A stretch of DNA of 64,000 bases. It comes from a virus (taxonomy: Duplodnaviria; Caudoviricetes). This document shows, piece after piece, positions 44,402-55,302 of the stretch. Both the position numbers and the translations under genes were made by a program. The DNA lies in IMG/VR virus record IMGVR_UViG_2681813215_000001, positions 4,521-68,520 of that record. One strand, written 5' to 3'. A model generated the notes under the pieces. It was not told the DNA's origin. It was given only the letters and a program-made list of their open reading frames with translations, and did not search any database. How positions within the stretch are numbered: position 1 is the first letter of the stretch; each line of letters starts with the position of its first letter.

Positions 44402-45508
44402 ATGGCTGACTTCAACCTCCACGGCATCCATAAGCCTCCAACCGAGGACTTCTACGGCCTGCCTGAGTATTTGAAGGCGACCAAAATGAAGGTCGTCTAT
44501 ATCGGAGTGCCGCACCCCTCCACGGGCAAGCGGTTGATGTGGAACCTTGCTGGCACAAACGAGGGTCGCGAAGGGGTTATTCTCGCCCCCCAGCTGTCCG
44601 GGATGATGCATGTCCCGTTCGAGCAGCTGATGTCTGAAGGCCCCTACACGATCGGCGCCATTCCTGAGCGGGTGGACTGGAAGAAGCGGGAGATCAACTT
44701 CGGGGTTCACATCAATCCGGATGTGGCCCCGTGGATCTCCCGCAACGGAGAGGTCATCGACAACCCGTTCCGGTACCGAATCCTTGAGGATCGCTGGTGG
44801 GGTTCCTGGTCCGCGAAGGAGGACGGATACCTCGGGGTATGGACCCGCACCCATGGGTGGAGATTCCTGCGGGTTCGGTTGGCCTCTGATCCCAAGACAG
44901 CTTTCACGCTGGATCCGACCGCCATGGGGAACAACTTCATGACCTGGGATATGACGATCGTTGCCGTCCAACCGTATTGGGCGAAGCGCTCCGAGTATTC
45001 AACATGGAAGAACACGATCGACACCTCCACGTTGTGGGATCAGATCGAGGACCTCCTGAACGAGTTCATCCCCGGTCTCGACGTGGGCGAGGGTGTGATC
45101 ACTGTTCCTAACCGCGGTGATCAAGCCTCCTACCCGAAGTTCATTGTGTCCTCGCCAGGTAAGGCGTGGATACAAGAGGGCGATAGGTGGGTTCAGCTTC
45201 CGCTACTTACCCCGCAGGACGGGTACGTGCTGGTGGACACAGACCCGAACGCTCGAACCCTCACCGCGTCAACAGATCCGGTAGATCCGCTGTTCTACAA
45301 GATTCTGCGGAACTCGCAGCTGCTGGACTTCCTTCTACATGACTTGTTTAGCTCGACGCTGCCGGTGTGGCGGCGCATGACGCAGTCATTCACCGACGCA
45401 AGTCTGATCCCGCCAAAGACAATCGCGAAGCTGAAGGTGCGCCACTCAAACGCTAACGGCTCCATTACGGCCATTGTGCCCCAACGCTACGGGATGGCTT
45501 ACGCGTGA
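44402..45508 (+). CDS. Minor tail protein (Dit-like)
   Basis: First gene after tape measure; WGSWS...WRFLRVRL. Confidence 0.85.
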   Translation: MADFNLHGIHKPPTEDFYGLPEYLKATKMKVVYIGVPHPSTGKRLMWNLAGTNEGREGVILAPQLSGMMHVPFEQLMSEGPYTIGAIPERVDWKKREINFGVHINPDVAPWISRNGEVIDNPFRYRILEDRWWGSWSAKEDGYLGVWTRTHGWRFLRVRLASDPKTAFTLDPTAMGNNFMTWDMTIVAVQPYWAKRSEYSTWKNTIDTSTLWDQIEDLLNEFIPGLDVGEGVITVPNRGDQASYPKFIVSSPGKAWIQEGDRWVQLPLLTPQDGYVLVDTDPNARTLTASTDPVDPLFYKILRNSQLLDFLLHDLFSSTLPVWRRMTQSFTDASLIPPKTIAKLKVRHSNANGSITAIVPQRYGMAYA

Positions 45509-47295
45509 GTTGGTCGGTTGACCTCACCGGCATTTCATCTCCGCAGGAGATCCTGGACCGCATCATCGGCGCTACCCAGGCCCCGACTGTTGGTGACCCA
45601 ATGTCTGCCTACCGGTACCTTGAGGGGCGGCGGCGCGCGCAGGTGGCCGAAACCAAACAGCGCCCCCTGCTGCGGTTGTGGGACAAGAACATGAAGCCCG
45701 TCGGCACGATCGCTCAAGAAAAGAGCGTGCGTGTCGAAGAGGTGATGGCAGATTCGGGCACGGGAACATGTGTTATCCGGCGAGACAACTGGCTGTCCAA
45801 CTTCATCCTCTACGACCGCCGCGCCGAAGAAGACCTCCACTTCACCCTCGACCCGATCCCTACCAAGCGGTCGTACAAGACGCGTTGGGGCGGCAAGATC
45901 ACCGGCGTCACCGCTAAGCGCTCTAACGACGGATTGCACACCGTCGAAATGGAGATGGTGCACAACCGCGAACACGTCAAGCATCTTCTGGCGGGTGCGA
46001 ATCCGATCTTCCCTCCGGAGATCCAGTTCCCGAAGATGTTCGTGCTCCCCTGGAACTGCCGTACCGCCGTTTCGCTGACTATGTTCATCAACCTTGCGCG
46101 GCAGTACTTTCCGCTGCTGTCTATTCCGACGAACATCTTCAACCCGGGCGCATGGTTGGGGGTCGCGGACATCATCGGCGGCTTCGACCCGCTGCTATGG
46201 CCGGTGCAAGTCCAGTTCTTGAACCCGCTGTTTGATCAGTCCCGCACCACCATCCTCACTTCACGCTGGACCGACATTCACACCGTCACCGCCCCGCTAC
46301 TGGAAGATGCGGGCTGCATGATCCGCGCCTACACGTGGCTCACCGAAGACGAAGAGTCCCCGCACCCTGAATTGGGGAAGCTGGCGGGTCAACTCGCACG
46401 CCCGCACCGCAACGCCGTCATTCTCGCGGTAGAGGACAAGTCCGGCGTCACTGGCCCCACCGGAACGCTACTGGACGGCCCGATAAATCTGATCGCCTCC
46501 ACCGCGGACGACATGATCACCGAAACCCTCTCCAGTGTCATTGATCTGGACAAAGACAACGATGGGGAAACTGATCCGCTGATCCGCAAGTGGTTTGGTG
46601 TGGCACCAAAACCCCCGTGGGTTGTGTTCAAGGACGGCGAATACTCGGGGATCGTCGAGTCCCAGCGCACCATGCACGGCGCGACCGCGAAAACCATCAT
46701 GATCGGTGGACGTTCTCCGGGGTGGGTGAACCAGCTCCAAACCTTCGGCATTAAGTACGCCTTGTCGCAGTTATCTGCCGTCATCTCATACGGTTTGGGT
46801 GCGTACCAGCAGCCTGGAACGCCAGGTTTGGAAGAGCTGTACCAAGGCCAGTTGGACGACACCCTCTTGGCGTGGCAGCGATTTACCGACCCCATCAGGG
46901 CTATCCGCATGGGCGACTTCGGGTTCCTGGAGCACTTCGAACAGGGCGGCGGCGGAACCGCGTACACCGTGTCCGGAATCTTGAACCTGCGTTCAGGGCA
47001 CTGGAAGACAAGGGCATACACGAGCTTCAAGACCAGCATCCGAAACGGCACTCCATATCTACTGGACACCGATTTCACGCTAGGCGACCGTCTCGGGTTC
47101 CAGATGGGCAACGTCATCCACGTAGACCAGTGCACCGCGGTACGTCGGTCGTACGACGAGTCAAACCCCATGACTATCGAACTGTCGATCGGGGATGACT
47201 CCGAAGAAGAAGATCCAGTAGCCAAAGCCACCCGCACGCTCGCCGCGGTATGGGGATTGGTCGGCATGTTCCTGGGCTCAACGGACGTTTTCTGA
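45505..47295 (+). CDS. Minor tail protein (baseplate hub-like)
   Basis: PLLRLWDKNM...DFTLGDRLGF. Confidence 0.85.
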   Translation: MSWSVDLTGISSPQEILDRIIGATQAPTVGDPMSAYRYLEGRRRAQVAETKQRPLLRLWDKNMKPVGTIAQEKSVRVEEVMADSGTGTCVIRRDNWLSNFILYDRRAEEDLHFTLDPIPTKRSYKTRWGGKITGVTAKRSNDGLHTVEMEMVHNREHVKHLLAGANPIFPPEIQFPKMFVLPWNCRTAVSLTMFINLARQYFPLLSIPTNIFNPGAWLGVADIIGGFDPLLWPVQVQFLNPLFDQSRTTILTSRWTDIHTVTAPLLEDAGCMIRAYTWLTEDEESPHPELGKLAGQLARPHRNAVILAVEDKSGVTGPTGTLLDGPINLIASTADDMITETLSSVIDLDKDNDGETDPLIRKWFGVAPKPPWVVFKDGEYSGIVESQRTMHGATAKTIMIGGRSPGWVNQLQTFGIKYALSQLSAVISYGLGAYQQPGTPGLEELYQGQLDDTLLAWQRFTDPIRAIRMGDFGFLEHFEQGGGGTAYTVSGILNLRSGHWKTRAYTSFKTSIRNGTPYLLDTDFTLGDRLGFQMGNVIHVDQCTAVRRSYDESNPMTIELSIGDDSEEEDPVAKATRTLAAVWGLVGMFLGSTDVF

Positions 47296-47304
47296 GAGAA
47301 GGCA

Positions 47305-47796
47305 ATGGAACTCAACGAGACAAACGCTTTCAAGAAGTTCACCGCAAAGCGCGAAGCCGAAGAAGCGGAAAAGCAGGAGATGCTCACCGCGTTCCACCAA
47401 TTCCTTACCGACTGCCACTACCCGGTAGCCAACGACGGAACAGTAATGGACGCCTCCTACTGCGTCTCGATCATCGGATACCACATGGTTCGCCGAGGCT
47501 GGCGCCCATCAGCTACCCCAGTGATCAAGAAGCAGAAGGTTGTCGGACCTGGGGTTATCGAGGACGCCGTCAAATGGGTGCCCATGGACGCCCCCGACGA
47601 TCCGCTGGAAAACCTAGAGAAGATGACCTTCGCTGAGATAGCGGCACTCCCAGAAGACCTCAAGGTAGAAGCGGCGCGCCGGCTCAACAAGGGCCGGTTC
47701 GATCACGACCTGCCCGAGCCGCAGCCCGCATGGCAGGTCACCCCCAACATTTCGATCACCGACGAAGAACCGTCCGGTGACGACTTTGTCAAGTAA
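47305..47796 (+). CDS. Minor tail-associated protein (DUF2744-like)
   Basis: HMVRRGWR...KKQKV...WVPMDAPD. Confidence 0.7.
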   Translation: MELNETNAFKKFTAKREAEEAEKQEMLTAFHQFLTDCHYPVANDGTVMDASYCVSIIGYHMVRRGWRPSATPVIKKQKVVGPGVIEDAVKWVPMDAPDDPLENLEKMTFAEIAALPEDLKVEAARRLNKGRFDHDLPEPQPAWQVTPNISITDEEPSGDDFVK

Positions 47797-47812
47797 CCCG
47801 ATTTCCCTCGTC

Positions 47813-47838
47813 AAACCCCTGCTACGGCGGGGGTTTTC
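47813..47838 (+). terminator. Intrinsic terminator-like hairpin
   Basis: AAACCCCTGC-TACG-GCGGGGGTTT-T. Confidence 0.55.
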
Positions 47839-47855
47839 GCATGTGAGGAGCAGCT

Positions 47856-48932
47856 ATGCCCGATCCCGGTGACGCCGTATACCTGGGGAGTGTCCTAACC
47901 AACATGCACTTCTGGGGTGTTGTCTCGGACCTGGAAACCCCAGCGATGGTGACCGGCACTTTCGAGGTGGCCCAGAATGATGGCGCTATCACCTTGGATG
48001 CTTTGGTTGGCGCACAAGGTGTTCCGGGGGAGAACGCACCCATCGTCAAGATGCAGTACCAGTCGTCTATCGATGACCCCGATGATCTGCCCGACAACCT
48101 GACCGATGACGACGCCGACATCGGAAAAGCATGGTGGGTCGGGAACATCGTCTACCTGTGGGACGGGGAGCACTTCGTCCAGAAGCAGATGGGCACCCAG
48201 GGCCCCCCGGGGCCGTACCCCAACATTCACCCATCGATACAGCTGCTAGACCCTGACGACCCCGAACTGGAGTCGGAGATCATTGTCTCTGGCACCACCG
48301 CGGATCCGGGTTGGCTGTTCAAGATGAAGTGCCCCAAGGGGCCTCAGGGTGACAACGCCACCATCCGTGACGCCACCGACTATGACGACTCCACCGCACC
48401 CGCCACTGGTCAGGTGATCGCATGGAACGGCACAGATTTTGCTCCAGCCGACTTCAACCCGCTGGCAATGCGCGTCTACTCCCTTCCTGAGGCGTCATTC
48501 ACCAACTTTAGTGGCATCACCACCCGACAAACCATCGCATCCTTCGCCGTACCCCCACAGGAATTTGACTGGCAGCCCATCGTCTTCGGGCACATCAAAG
48601 CGACCGGACTTGAGCTGGACGAAGACCCATTCATCATCGGCTGCGAGGTTCGACTCGGTGACCCCAGCTCGGGGCAGCTTGTGGGCCGCGGCTTCGGCAA
48701 CATCTCTTCCTGGGCAACGATAATTCCGCACTTCTCATCAGTTGGAGACACCAGTAAGGCGATAAATCCAGACAATGGCGTTGCAGTGGTTCCTGGGTAT
48801 CACACCGGGGCGACAGGGACTCTGTACGTCAACCTCTACAACGACGGTCCAACTGGCATTTACCAGTTCAACAAGAACAACGCACAGCTGACAGTCATGG
48901 TCGTACCCGTTTCTCCGGTGCCGGGTAGCTAG
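47856..48932 (+). CDS. Minor tail protein with short collagen-like GxY segments
   Basis: GAQGVPGE, GTQGPPGP, GPQGD. Confidence 0.85.
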   Translation: MPDPGDAVYLGSVLTNMHFWGVVSDLETPAMVTGTFEVAQNDGAITLDALVGAQGVPGENAPIVKMQYQSSIDDPDDLPDNLTDDDADIGKAWWVGNIVYLWDGEHFVQKQMGTQGPPGPYPNIHPSIQLLDPDDPELESEIIVSGTTADPGWLFKMKCPKGPQGDNATIRDATDYDDSTAPATGQVIAWNGTDFAPADFNPLAMRVYSLPEASFTNFSGITTRQTIASFAVPPQEFDWQPIVFGHIKATGLELDEDPFIIGCEVRLGDPSSGQLVGRGFGNISSWATIIPHFSSVGDTSKAINPDNGVAVVPGYHTGATGTLYVNLYNDGPTGIYQFNKNNAQLTVMVVPVSPVPGS

Positions 48933-51900
48933 TGCCCAAGGCGTTTGACCGGAACTCTCCGGTTGCCGATTTCGATCCCAACAAGGCGATCGAGTTCAAC
49001 CCACTCTCGGCGCTGCGTCAAAGCACGGAGATGTGGGAGACCATCCTCGGTGCCATCAAGGAGTTCGCGGAGAACCTCGTCAAGGAGCTGATTCAGAAGC
49101 TGCTTGGGCTTGCCATCGACCCAGGGCAGGCCATAGAAGAGCTTTGGGAACTGCTAACTGGATGGACTGAGAACATCCCGATTCTCGGCGACATCATCCA
49201 GATCATTGAGGATTTCCTGAACGGGAATCTGTTCGGGCACGACGGATTCATCCTGTCCAACCTCATCCCACTACTTTCGTTCAGCTGGATCACCGCAGAG
49301 CAGTCGAACCTGTTGATTGCCGGTAACTTCCAAGACGGCACGACGATCGCGGACAACCCGTACTGGTCCTGGGAATCTGGGGTAACGCACAGCGCCGACA
49401 GTTCCGGCAGTGTCAAGGTCACAGCGAACGGCACCAGTAAGGCGCTGCGGTCGAACGAGATCATCGTGAGCCCGACACAAACCATGTCGCTGGAGATGTG
49501 GCTGAAGTGGTCCGGATACTCGGGATCTAACACGCCAATCAAGTTGCAGCTGGTGGAGTTTGAGGGACGTGGCGCAAGTGCTGTGCAAGTCGGTATCAAA
49601 GACGTTGCCACGTTCAACCCGTTAACCAGCACGGGGGATTGGCGTCAACTAACCGGCAACTACACCGTTCCCGATGGTGTGCAGTCGGTGCGTGTGCGCA
49701 TCTTGGTTACCAAAGACGCGGACACCGGAACGTTCAATTTCGATGACGGTATCGGCAAGAAGACCAACAAGATTCAGCAGAGCTGGATTGACGGTCTGTC
49801 AAACACTTTTCAGGAAGTGCTGTCCCGGTGGCAGCTGATCATCGACACCGTCGTCAACGGGATCACCGGTTCTAACAACGCCCTGCATTCCCTGGAAGAC
49901 CTGTTCGAGGCTGTCACTCACATACCGTTGTTCAAGATCCTGGGATTCGGTGGCCCGGGGGATGCGAACACTACGTTCGAGGAGTTCCTGTCTCATCTCC
50001 TCGGGGGTATGCAGGGGTCTACTGACCCGAATTCCAATGGTGGGTTCGCAGACCTGTTTAACGTCGCCAAGCTGCTACAGACGGCCGCGGCGATGGGGGA
50101 GAGCGCCTTCCAGATCCTGAGCCAGCGTAATAACACCGGCGGCCTACTGCCATCCGGCCGCTCAAACTACGGCATCACCAGCATCAACACCACTCTCTCT
50201 GCCACTCAGAGTGCGTCACTAATTGCGACGATGCGGGTGCGGCGAGACATTGCCCTGGGGGTGGTGTCCTGGTTAGGTTGCGGCACCAGTGGGTTGACGG
50301 CGTTCTACGTCAACATCTGGAAACTCGACTCAGCTACCGGCGATTGGGCGCTGGTCCACCACTCGCCAAACATCCTGTCCGAGTTGACCGCAGGCTCAAC
50401 ACCAAACTGGACCTTCTATCAGCTCGACACCCCGTTGGATCAGATATCCGGCGAAGACTACGCCTACGAGCTCGTCCCCGTCGGGGGAACGCACAGTGTG
50501 CGGGGTATCTCGACTACAGACGACATTCCGGATCACCCGTTCGCGCAAGTTGTTGGTTTGGCCGCAACGCGGGACAACACCTCGTCCCCGAACTCACCGC
50601 CGTCGACTATCGCCAAGGCCAGCGTTGTTCGTTCCGGGAACATCCCGTGGATTGAGACGGCCATCGACACCGGAAACGGTGTGGGCTACTACGACCCAAT
50701 CGGCGACTACGTAACCGAGTCCGGCACTGTCCCCATCCCGTCATGGTGCAACTTCGTTGATGTCGTCGCTGTTGGTGGCGCCGGTGGTGGCCAGATGGGG
50801 TTGACGCTCGGATTCCACGGCGAGTCCGGCTCTCCTGGCCTGTACAAGTCGGCCACATGGCAGCGGGGCATCCACTTCGGCGACGACACCGTCATGACCT
50901 TCACCAAAGGTGTCGGCGGACCGGGTGGACGTATCGGCCACGATGACGGCGAAAACGGCACGGCCAGCAGCTGGTCAATCCCCGACTACAGCATCACCGG
51001 CGAACCCGGAGTTGGTGGCACAGAGCTGCAGCTCGGATCCAACCCGATCGGTCGCGGCCCCGGAACCATCGAATACAAGGGCGAGAAGTACGTCGGCGGC
51101 GGCGACCAGAAAGTCCCCGGCGCCGATGGCGCGTCCCCTGCTGGTGGCGGTAACGGCGGCAATGGTCTGACGTTCCAGTTCGGCGGCAAAGGTGCTGACG
51201 GTAGGGGCTGGTATCGGTTCCGCCAGAACCCCCTTGAGGGCGAATCGATCATCGGCGGCCCGGGCCAAGTCTTGATCCCCAGCATCGAGTCCACGGCATC
51301 GCTGGGAACCCCCACCGTCACAGGTGGCTTGTCGCTGCTTTCACTCGAGGATCAGGCCGCCATCGACGCGATTGTGGCTGCGAACCTAACCGCCCCCGGC
51401 GCAACTTTGATGATCCAATCCCCGGACGGCTACTACGAGAAGGCGTACGGCAAGGTCTCCACCGCTGCAGGCGCGCGGAATGTGAACTTAGACGACCACT
51501 TCCGTATCGGTTCGTGCACGAAGTCATTCACGGCCACGATGATCCTGCAGGCAGTGGATCGCGGGTTGTTGTCGTTGGACGATCCGCTGGAGAAGTTCTT
51601 CCCCGGAGTTCCTGGTGGCGACAAGATGACTGTGCGGCACATGATTTCGTTGCGGTCGGGTCTATTCAATGAACAGGGCGACCCGGGCATGATGATCCGC
51701 TACTTCCTCTCCCCGGCTTCGGATTGGTCGGATCAGGACACGCTCGCGATCATGAAGCAGCACCAGCCGGCGTTTGAGCCTGGCTCAAGCTGGGCGTACG
51801 TCAACGCCAACTTCATCATCCTGGGAATGATCGTCGAGCTGGTCAACGGTCGCCCAACGCGTGACGTTCTACAAACAGACATTCTAGATCCACTGGGGTT

Positions 51901-53050
51901 GACGCAGACCAGCTACCCGACGAACGCGAAAATGCCTGAGCCGTACGCAAACGGCCACGCATACACAACTGGCATCTTTGGTGGCTGGGCTTGGCAGGAT
52001 GCCACAGAGACGGGGCCGGGTTATGCCAGCTGGGCAGGTTCGATGATCTCTACCGTCCACGACTTGCTGTTGTGGGCCAAGGAATTGCGTGACGGGACCT
52101 TGTTGAGCCCGGAAATGCACGCCATGCGGACCGAATGCTACTGGCCCATTCCCTGGGGTAACGATGACCAGTTGACCTACTTCGGGTACGGGCACGGCAT
52201 GTTCGAACTGGGCGAGTGGCGCGGGCATGGCGGGTCGTGGCGCGGCTACGAAGTGTCCGTCTACTACTTGCCGAACGGCACCTTGTTCGCGATGTGCGAG
52301 AACGCGCAGACCCCGACCGTTGAAGTCGAGGTGTCGATGATGTTCAAAATCGGCAAGTACCTCTACCCGGATTCGCTGACTGTTCCTGACTACCAGGTCA
52401 ATCGGGTGTTCGGGATCAAATCCAGGGCATCGGTTGGTAAGCCGATCATCGGCAGTATCGATGTCAAGTTCGACAACAAGAGCACCGTCGGCACAAGCCA
52501 GTCCGCGATACCAGGATTCACTCTGGATCCGGAAGCGAACATCGCCTTCGGCTATCTGACAACGCAATCCGGAATTGACCTGTCTGTGGTGACGGCGAAA
52601 ATCGGTGGCGCCACCATGAACAGGCTACCGGTCATGTCCAACGGATCTAACCAACTGGTGGTGTGGTGGCTGCTCGATCCACCCACTGGTGCGCAGTCGA
52701 TCAACCTGATCGGCACACCGTATGGATCGAACTACGCAACAGGTGCAGCGTCCTACAAACTCGCAGCAGGCGCTGGCATCGGCACACCCGTAATCACCCA
52801 GGGCTACAGCGCATCCCCATCCGTGAGTGCGACCACAAACAGCCATGGCAGGATCGTCAACGCCTTCCTGTATGGCGGCCAGACCAGCGCCTACAACCAG
52901 ACCGAACGCGGCCATCTAGACACCCAACCATTCGGTGCTGGCCTGATATTCGGTGACGCCCCAGGCGGTTCGGTGACATTCACGCAAACCCTCGCAGCAG
53001 CAGCCCCATGGATCGGTATCGCGATCCCCATCATCTCCAACGCGGAATAG
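48932..53050 (+). CDS. Large minor tail protein with Gly-rich region and serine beta-lactamase/DD-carboxypeptidase domain
   Basis: FRIGSCTKSF (SxxK), AYVNANF (YxN), GHGG; CBM-like N-terminal region. Confidence 0.9.
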   Translation: MPKAFDRNSPVADFDPNKAIEFNPLSALRQSTEMWETILGAIKEFAENLVKELIQKLLGLAIDPGQAIEELWELLTGWTENIPILGDIIQIIEDFLNGNLFGHDGFILSNLIPLLSFSWITAEQSNLLIAGNFQDGTTIADNPYWSWESGVTHSADSSGSVKVTANGTSKALRSNEIIVSPTQTMSLEMWLKWSGYSGSNTPIKLQLVEFEGRGASAVQVGIKDVATFNPLTSTGDWRQLTGNYTVPDGVQSVRVRILVTKDADTGTFNFDDGIGKKTNKIQQSWIDGLSNTFQEVLSRWQLIIDTVVNGITGSNNALHSLEDLFEAVTHIPLFKILGFGGPGDANTTFEEFLSHLLGGMQGSTDPNSNGGFADLFNVAKLLQTAAAMGESAFQILSQRNNTGGLLPSGRSNYGITSINTTLSATQSASLIATMRVRRDIALGVVSWLGCGTSGLTAFYVNIWKLDSATGDWALVHHSPNILSELTAGSTPNWTFYQLDTPLDQISGEDYAYELVPVGGTHSVRGISTTDDIPDHPFAQVVGLAATRDNTSSPNSPPSTIAKASVVRSGNIPWIETAIDTGNGVGYYDPIGDYVTESGTVPIPSWCNFVDVVAVGGAGGGQMGLTLGFHGESGSPGLYKSATWQRGIHFGDDTVMTFTKGVGGPGGRIGHDDGENGTASSWSIPDYSITGEPGVGGTELQLGSNPIGRGPGTIEYKGEKYVGGGDQKVPGADGASPAGGGNGGNGLTFQFGGKGADGRGWYRFRQNPLEGESIIGGPGQVLIPSIESTASLGTPTVTGGLSLLSLEDQAAIDAIVAANLTAPGATLMIQSPDGYYEKAYGKVSTAAGARNVNLDDHFRIGSCTKSFTATMILQAVDRGLLSLDDPLEKFFPGVPGGDKMTVRHMISLRSGLFNEQGDPGMMIRYFLSPASDWSDQDTLAIMKQHQPAFEPGSSWAYVNANFIILGMIVELVNGRPTRDVLQTDILDPLGLTQTSYPTNAKMPEPYANGHAYTTGIFGGWAWQDATETGPGYASWAGSMISTVHDLLLWAKELRDGTLLSPEMHAMRTECYWPIPWGNDDQLTYFGYGHGMFELGEWRGHGGSWRGYEVSVYYLPNGTLFAMCENAQTPTVEVEVSMMFKIGKYLYPDSLTVPDYQVNRVFGIKSRASVGKPIIGSIDVKFDNKSTVGTSQSAIPGFTLDPEANIAFGYLTTQSGIDLSVVTAKIGGATMNRLPVMSNGSNQLVVWWLLDPPTGAQSINLIGTPYGSNYATGAASYKLAAGAGIGTPVITQGYSASPSVSATTNSHGRIVNAFLYGGQTSAYNQTERGHLDTQPFGAGLIFGDAPGGSVTFTQTLAAAAPWIGIAIPIISNAE

Positions 53051-53060
53051 GGAGAACCTC

Positions 53061-53459
53061 ATGGTTAACGCTTTGTATGACAAAGCACGGGAGTCGTTCC
53101 TTATGGGCGACCTCGACTGGGAAACCCAGAACTTTAAAGTCGTCGGCGTTGACGCCACCTACACCCCCAACATGGCTACACACCAATATCTTTCGGACAC
53201 CACGGGAGCTGTCTGCACATCATCAAACCTGGCCAGTAAGTCCTGGACCGGCGGTGTAGCTGACGCCGCGGATGTCACTTTCCCGACTGTCACTGGTGCC
53301 ACGATCGTGCGTTGGATCGTCTACCAAGACACTGGCACTTCCAGCACGTCCCGGCTTGTCGCCATGTATGACACGGCATCCGGATTACCAACAATCCCGG
53401 ATGGCACGAACATCACCGTGACATGGGACAACGGAGCTTCGCGGATGTTTCGCATCTAG
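53061..53459 (+). CDS. Small minor tail protein
   Basis: MVNALYDKARESFL...VADAADVTF; similar to 54869-55300. Confidence 0.8.
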   Translation: MVNALYDKARESFLMGDLDWETQNFKVVGVDATYTPNMATHQYLSDTTGAVCTSSNLASKSWTGGVADAADVTFPTVTGATIVRWIVYQDTGTSSTSRLVAMYDTASGLPTIPDGTNITVTWDNGASRMFRI

Positions 53460-53461
53460 CC

Positions 53462-54853
53462 ATGGCAACTGGTTGGTGGGCTGAGACATTCAGCGAAACC
53501 ACCGGGGGTGCGCTCACGCTCACTGGTGGCGCTCCGGATGTCCATGCGACGACTGGGGTTTACGTGTTCCCCCTGGGTGCCTCGCTGACCCTGACCGGAT
53601 CAGCCCCCCCGGTGATTGGGCCACCCCTTCGCCCTACTGGGGCAGACCTGGTTCTCACCGGGGGGACGCCGAGTATCCGCGTCGCCAACGTCCTCACACC
53701 AGATGGCGCCAGCTTCACCATCACTGGGGGCACCCCGACGATCGTCCAGACCGACAACGACCTCATCCTGGCGACCGCTGGATCGCTTTCGGTTACCGGC
53801 AGTGCCCCAACGATCATCACCGGCAAGATCTTCCTCCCAACCGGCGCATCACTCACAGCCACAGGCGGGACTCCTTCACTCGCGGCCCGTTTCGTGCCCA
53901 CCGGCGCAACACCCACCCTTACGGGCGGGCGCCCGCTGATAGACATCACCTACCCGCCGCCGACACTCCAGATGACTTTGACCGGCGGGCGACCGCTGAT
54001 TGACCTGCGGGTGGTACCAGCCGGCGGCACTCCGGTCCTAACGGGCAGTGCTACCACCGTCATCCAGGGAATCATCGGCACCGCACCGACATTGACCCTC
54101 ACCGCCGGAACACCACGGATAGTCGTCACTCTCGCACCCACAGGAGCTACACCAACGGTTACCGGTGGATCTCCTCTGATTGCGTTGCAAATCCCACCAT
54201 CTGGGGCTTCGGTGACACTCACGGGTGGTACGCCGATCGTGACGAATGTATCCAATGCCTCCTATATTTCGTCTGCAGGTGCCGCGAGCAGTTCAGTGAC
54301 TATCCCCACCCACTCCATCGGGGATCTGATTGTGATCTTCACACTCAACCCGTTCACGACTACGGCGCCGTCTGCACCTGCCGCAGGCGGAACGGTTCCG
54401 AGCTGGAACTATATCGACAACGCCAATAGTGGCAGCGGGTCAGGTTGTGCGACCGCCTATTTCAAGGCCACGGCAACGAACACAACCACAGGTTCGTGGT
54501 CGAATGCTTCGCACATTATTGCGGTAGTTGTCCGCAACCAGAATGCGTCTTCGCCGATTGGCGGCCACGCATCACAGGGCGGATCTAGCGCCACATCCAC
54601 GGCACCCGCTGTGACCATGTCGCACACTGACGGGTCTTCGGTGCTGCTGCATTTCCATGGCCACTCCAGCCTGGGCGCGAGTGGATGGGATGCCGCACCA
54701 ACGGGTTACACCCGCGGCGCCACCTCGGGCGCTGCTTTCGGGTCGGCCACAGCGCTGAACTACAAGAACATCACCACTTCTGACGGTTCCGTCGGCCAAA
54801 CAGGCGGGCAGAACACAAGTTACGCGGCAGCCACCGTCGAAATCATCAACTAA
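53462..54853 (+). CDS. Minor tail/fibre protein with LTLTGGxP repeats
   Basis: More than 15 copies of (L/P)T(L/I)TGG(T/R/S)P; C-terminal beta-rich domain. Confidence 0.8.
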   Translation: MATGWWAETFSETTGGALTLTGGAPDVHATTGVYVFPLGASLTLTGSAPPVIGPPLRPTGADLVLTGGTPSIRVANVLTPDGASFTITGGTPTIVQTDNDLILATAGSLSVTGSAPTIITGKIFLPTGASLTATGGTPSLAARFVPTGATPTLTGGRPLIDITYPPPTLQMTLTGGRPLIDLRVVPAGGTPVLTGSATTVIQGIIGTAPTLTLTAGTPRIVVTLAPTGATPTVTGGSPLIALQIPPSGASVTLTGGTPIVTNVSNASYISSAGAASSSVTIPTHSIGDLIVIFTLNPFTTTAPSAPAAGGTVPSWNYIDNANSGSGSGCATAYFKATATNTTTGSWSNASHIIAVVVRNQNASSPIGGHASQGGSSATSTAPAVTMSHTDGSSVLLHFHGHSSLGASGWDAAPTGYTRGATSGAAFGSATALNYKNITTSDGSVGQTGGQNTSYAAATVEIIN

Positions 54854-54868
54854 CGAAAGGGCACTACC

Positions 54869-55300
54869 TTGACCGCAGGAACCTGGACGTTCCCCAATGG
54901 GGCGCGCACACGACTTCTCAACGGAACCTTTGACATCGACTCGGACACATGGCGAGTCGCCCTCGTCACCTCTTCATCCAACATTGGCTCATCCACCACC
55001 ACGTGGGCCGGTGTCACCAATGAGGTGTCACAGGCGAACGGCTACACCACGGGCGGTGTCGCGGTGACCCTGGCACTCTCGGGTACGACGAGCGTCACGG
55101 CGTCGTTCTCGAGCAACCCGACCTGGACGGCGTCGGGTGGCAGCATCACGGCACGCTGGGCTGTGCTCTACGAGCTTGGTGGTGACGTGCTTTGCTATGT
55201 GCTGCTGGACAATACACCCGCAGACGTGGTAACTACTGCAGGCAATTCGCTCACGATTGACGCCGATGGAAGCCCGGCCCCGGTCTTCACCCTCGCGTAA
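54869..55300 (+). CDS. Small minor tail protein
   Basis: GTFDIDSDTWRVAL...NGYTTGG...ARWAVLY. Confidence 0.8.
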   Translation: MTAGTWTFPNGARTRLLNGTFDIDSDTWRVALVTSSSNIGSSTTTWAGVTNEVSQANGYTTGGVAVTLALSGTTSVTASFSSNPTWTASGGSITARWAVLYELGGDVLCYVLLDNTPADVVTTAGNSLTIDADGSPAPVFTLA

Positions 55301-55302
55301 CA

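Noticed and set aside
32476-47387. Long reverse-strand ORFs (e.g. 32476-33180, 36886-37689, 43396-44340, 44132-44971, 46389-47387)
   Set aside because: Antisense shadows of well-supported genes in GC-rich DNA, with no motifs or RBS.
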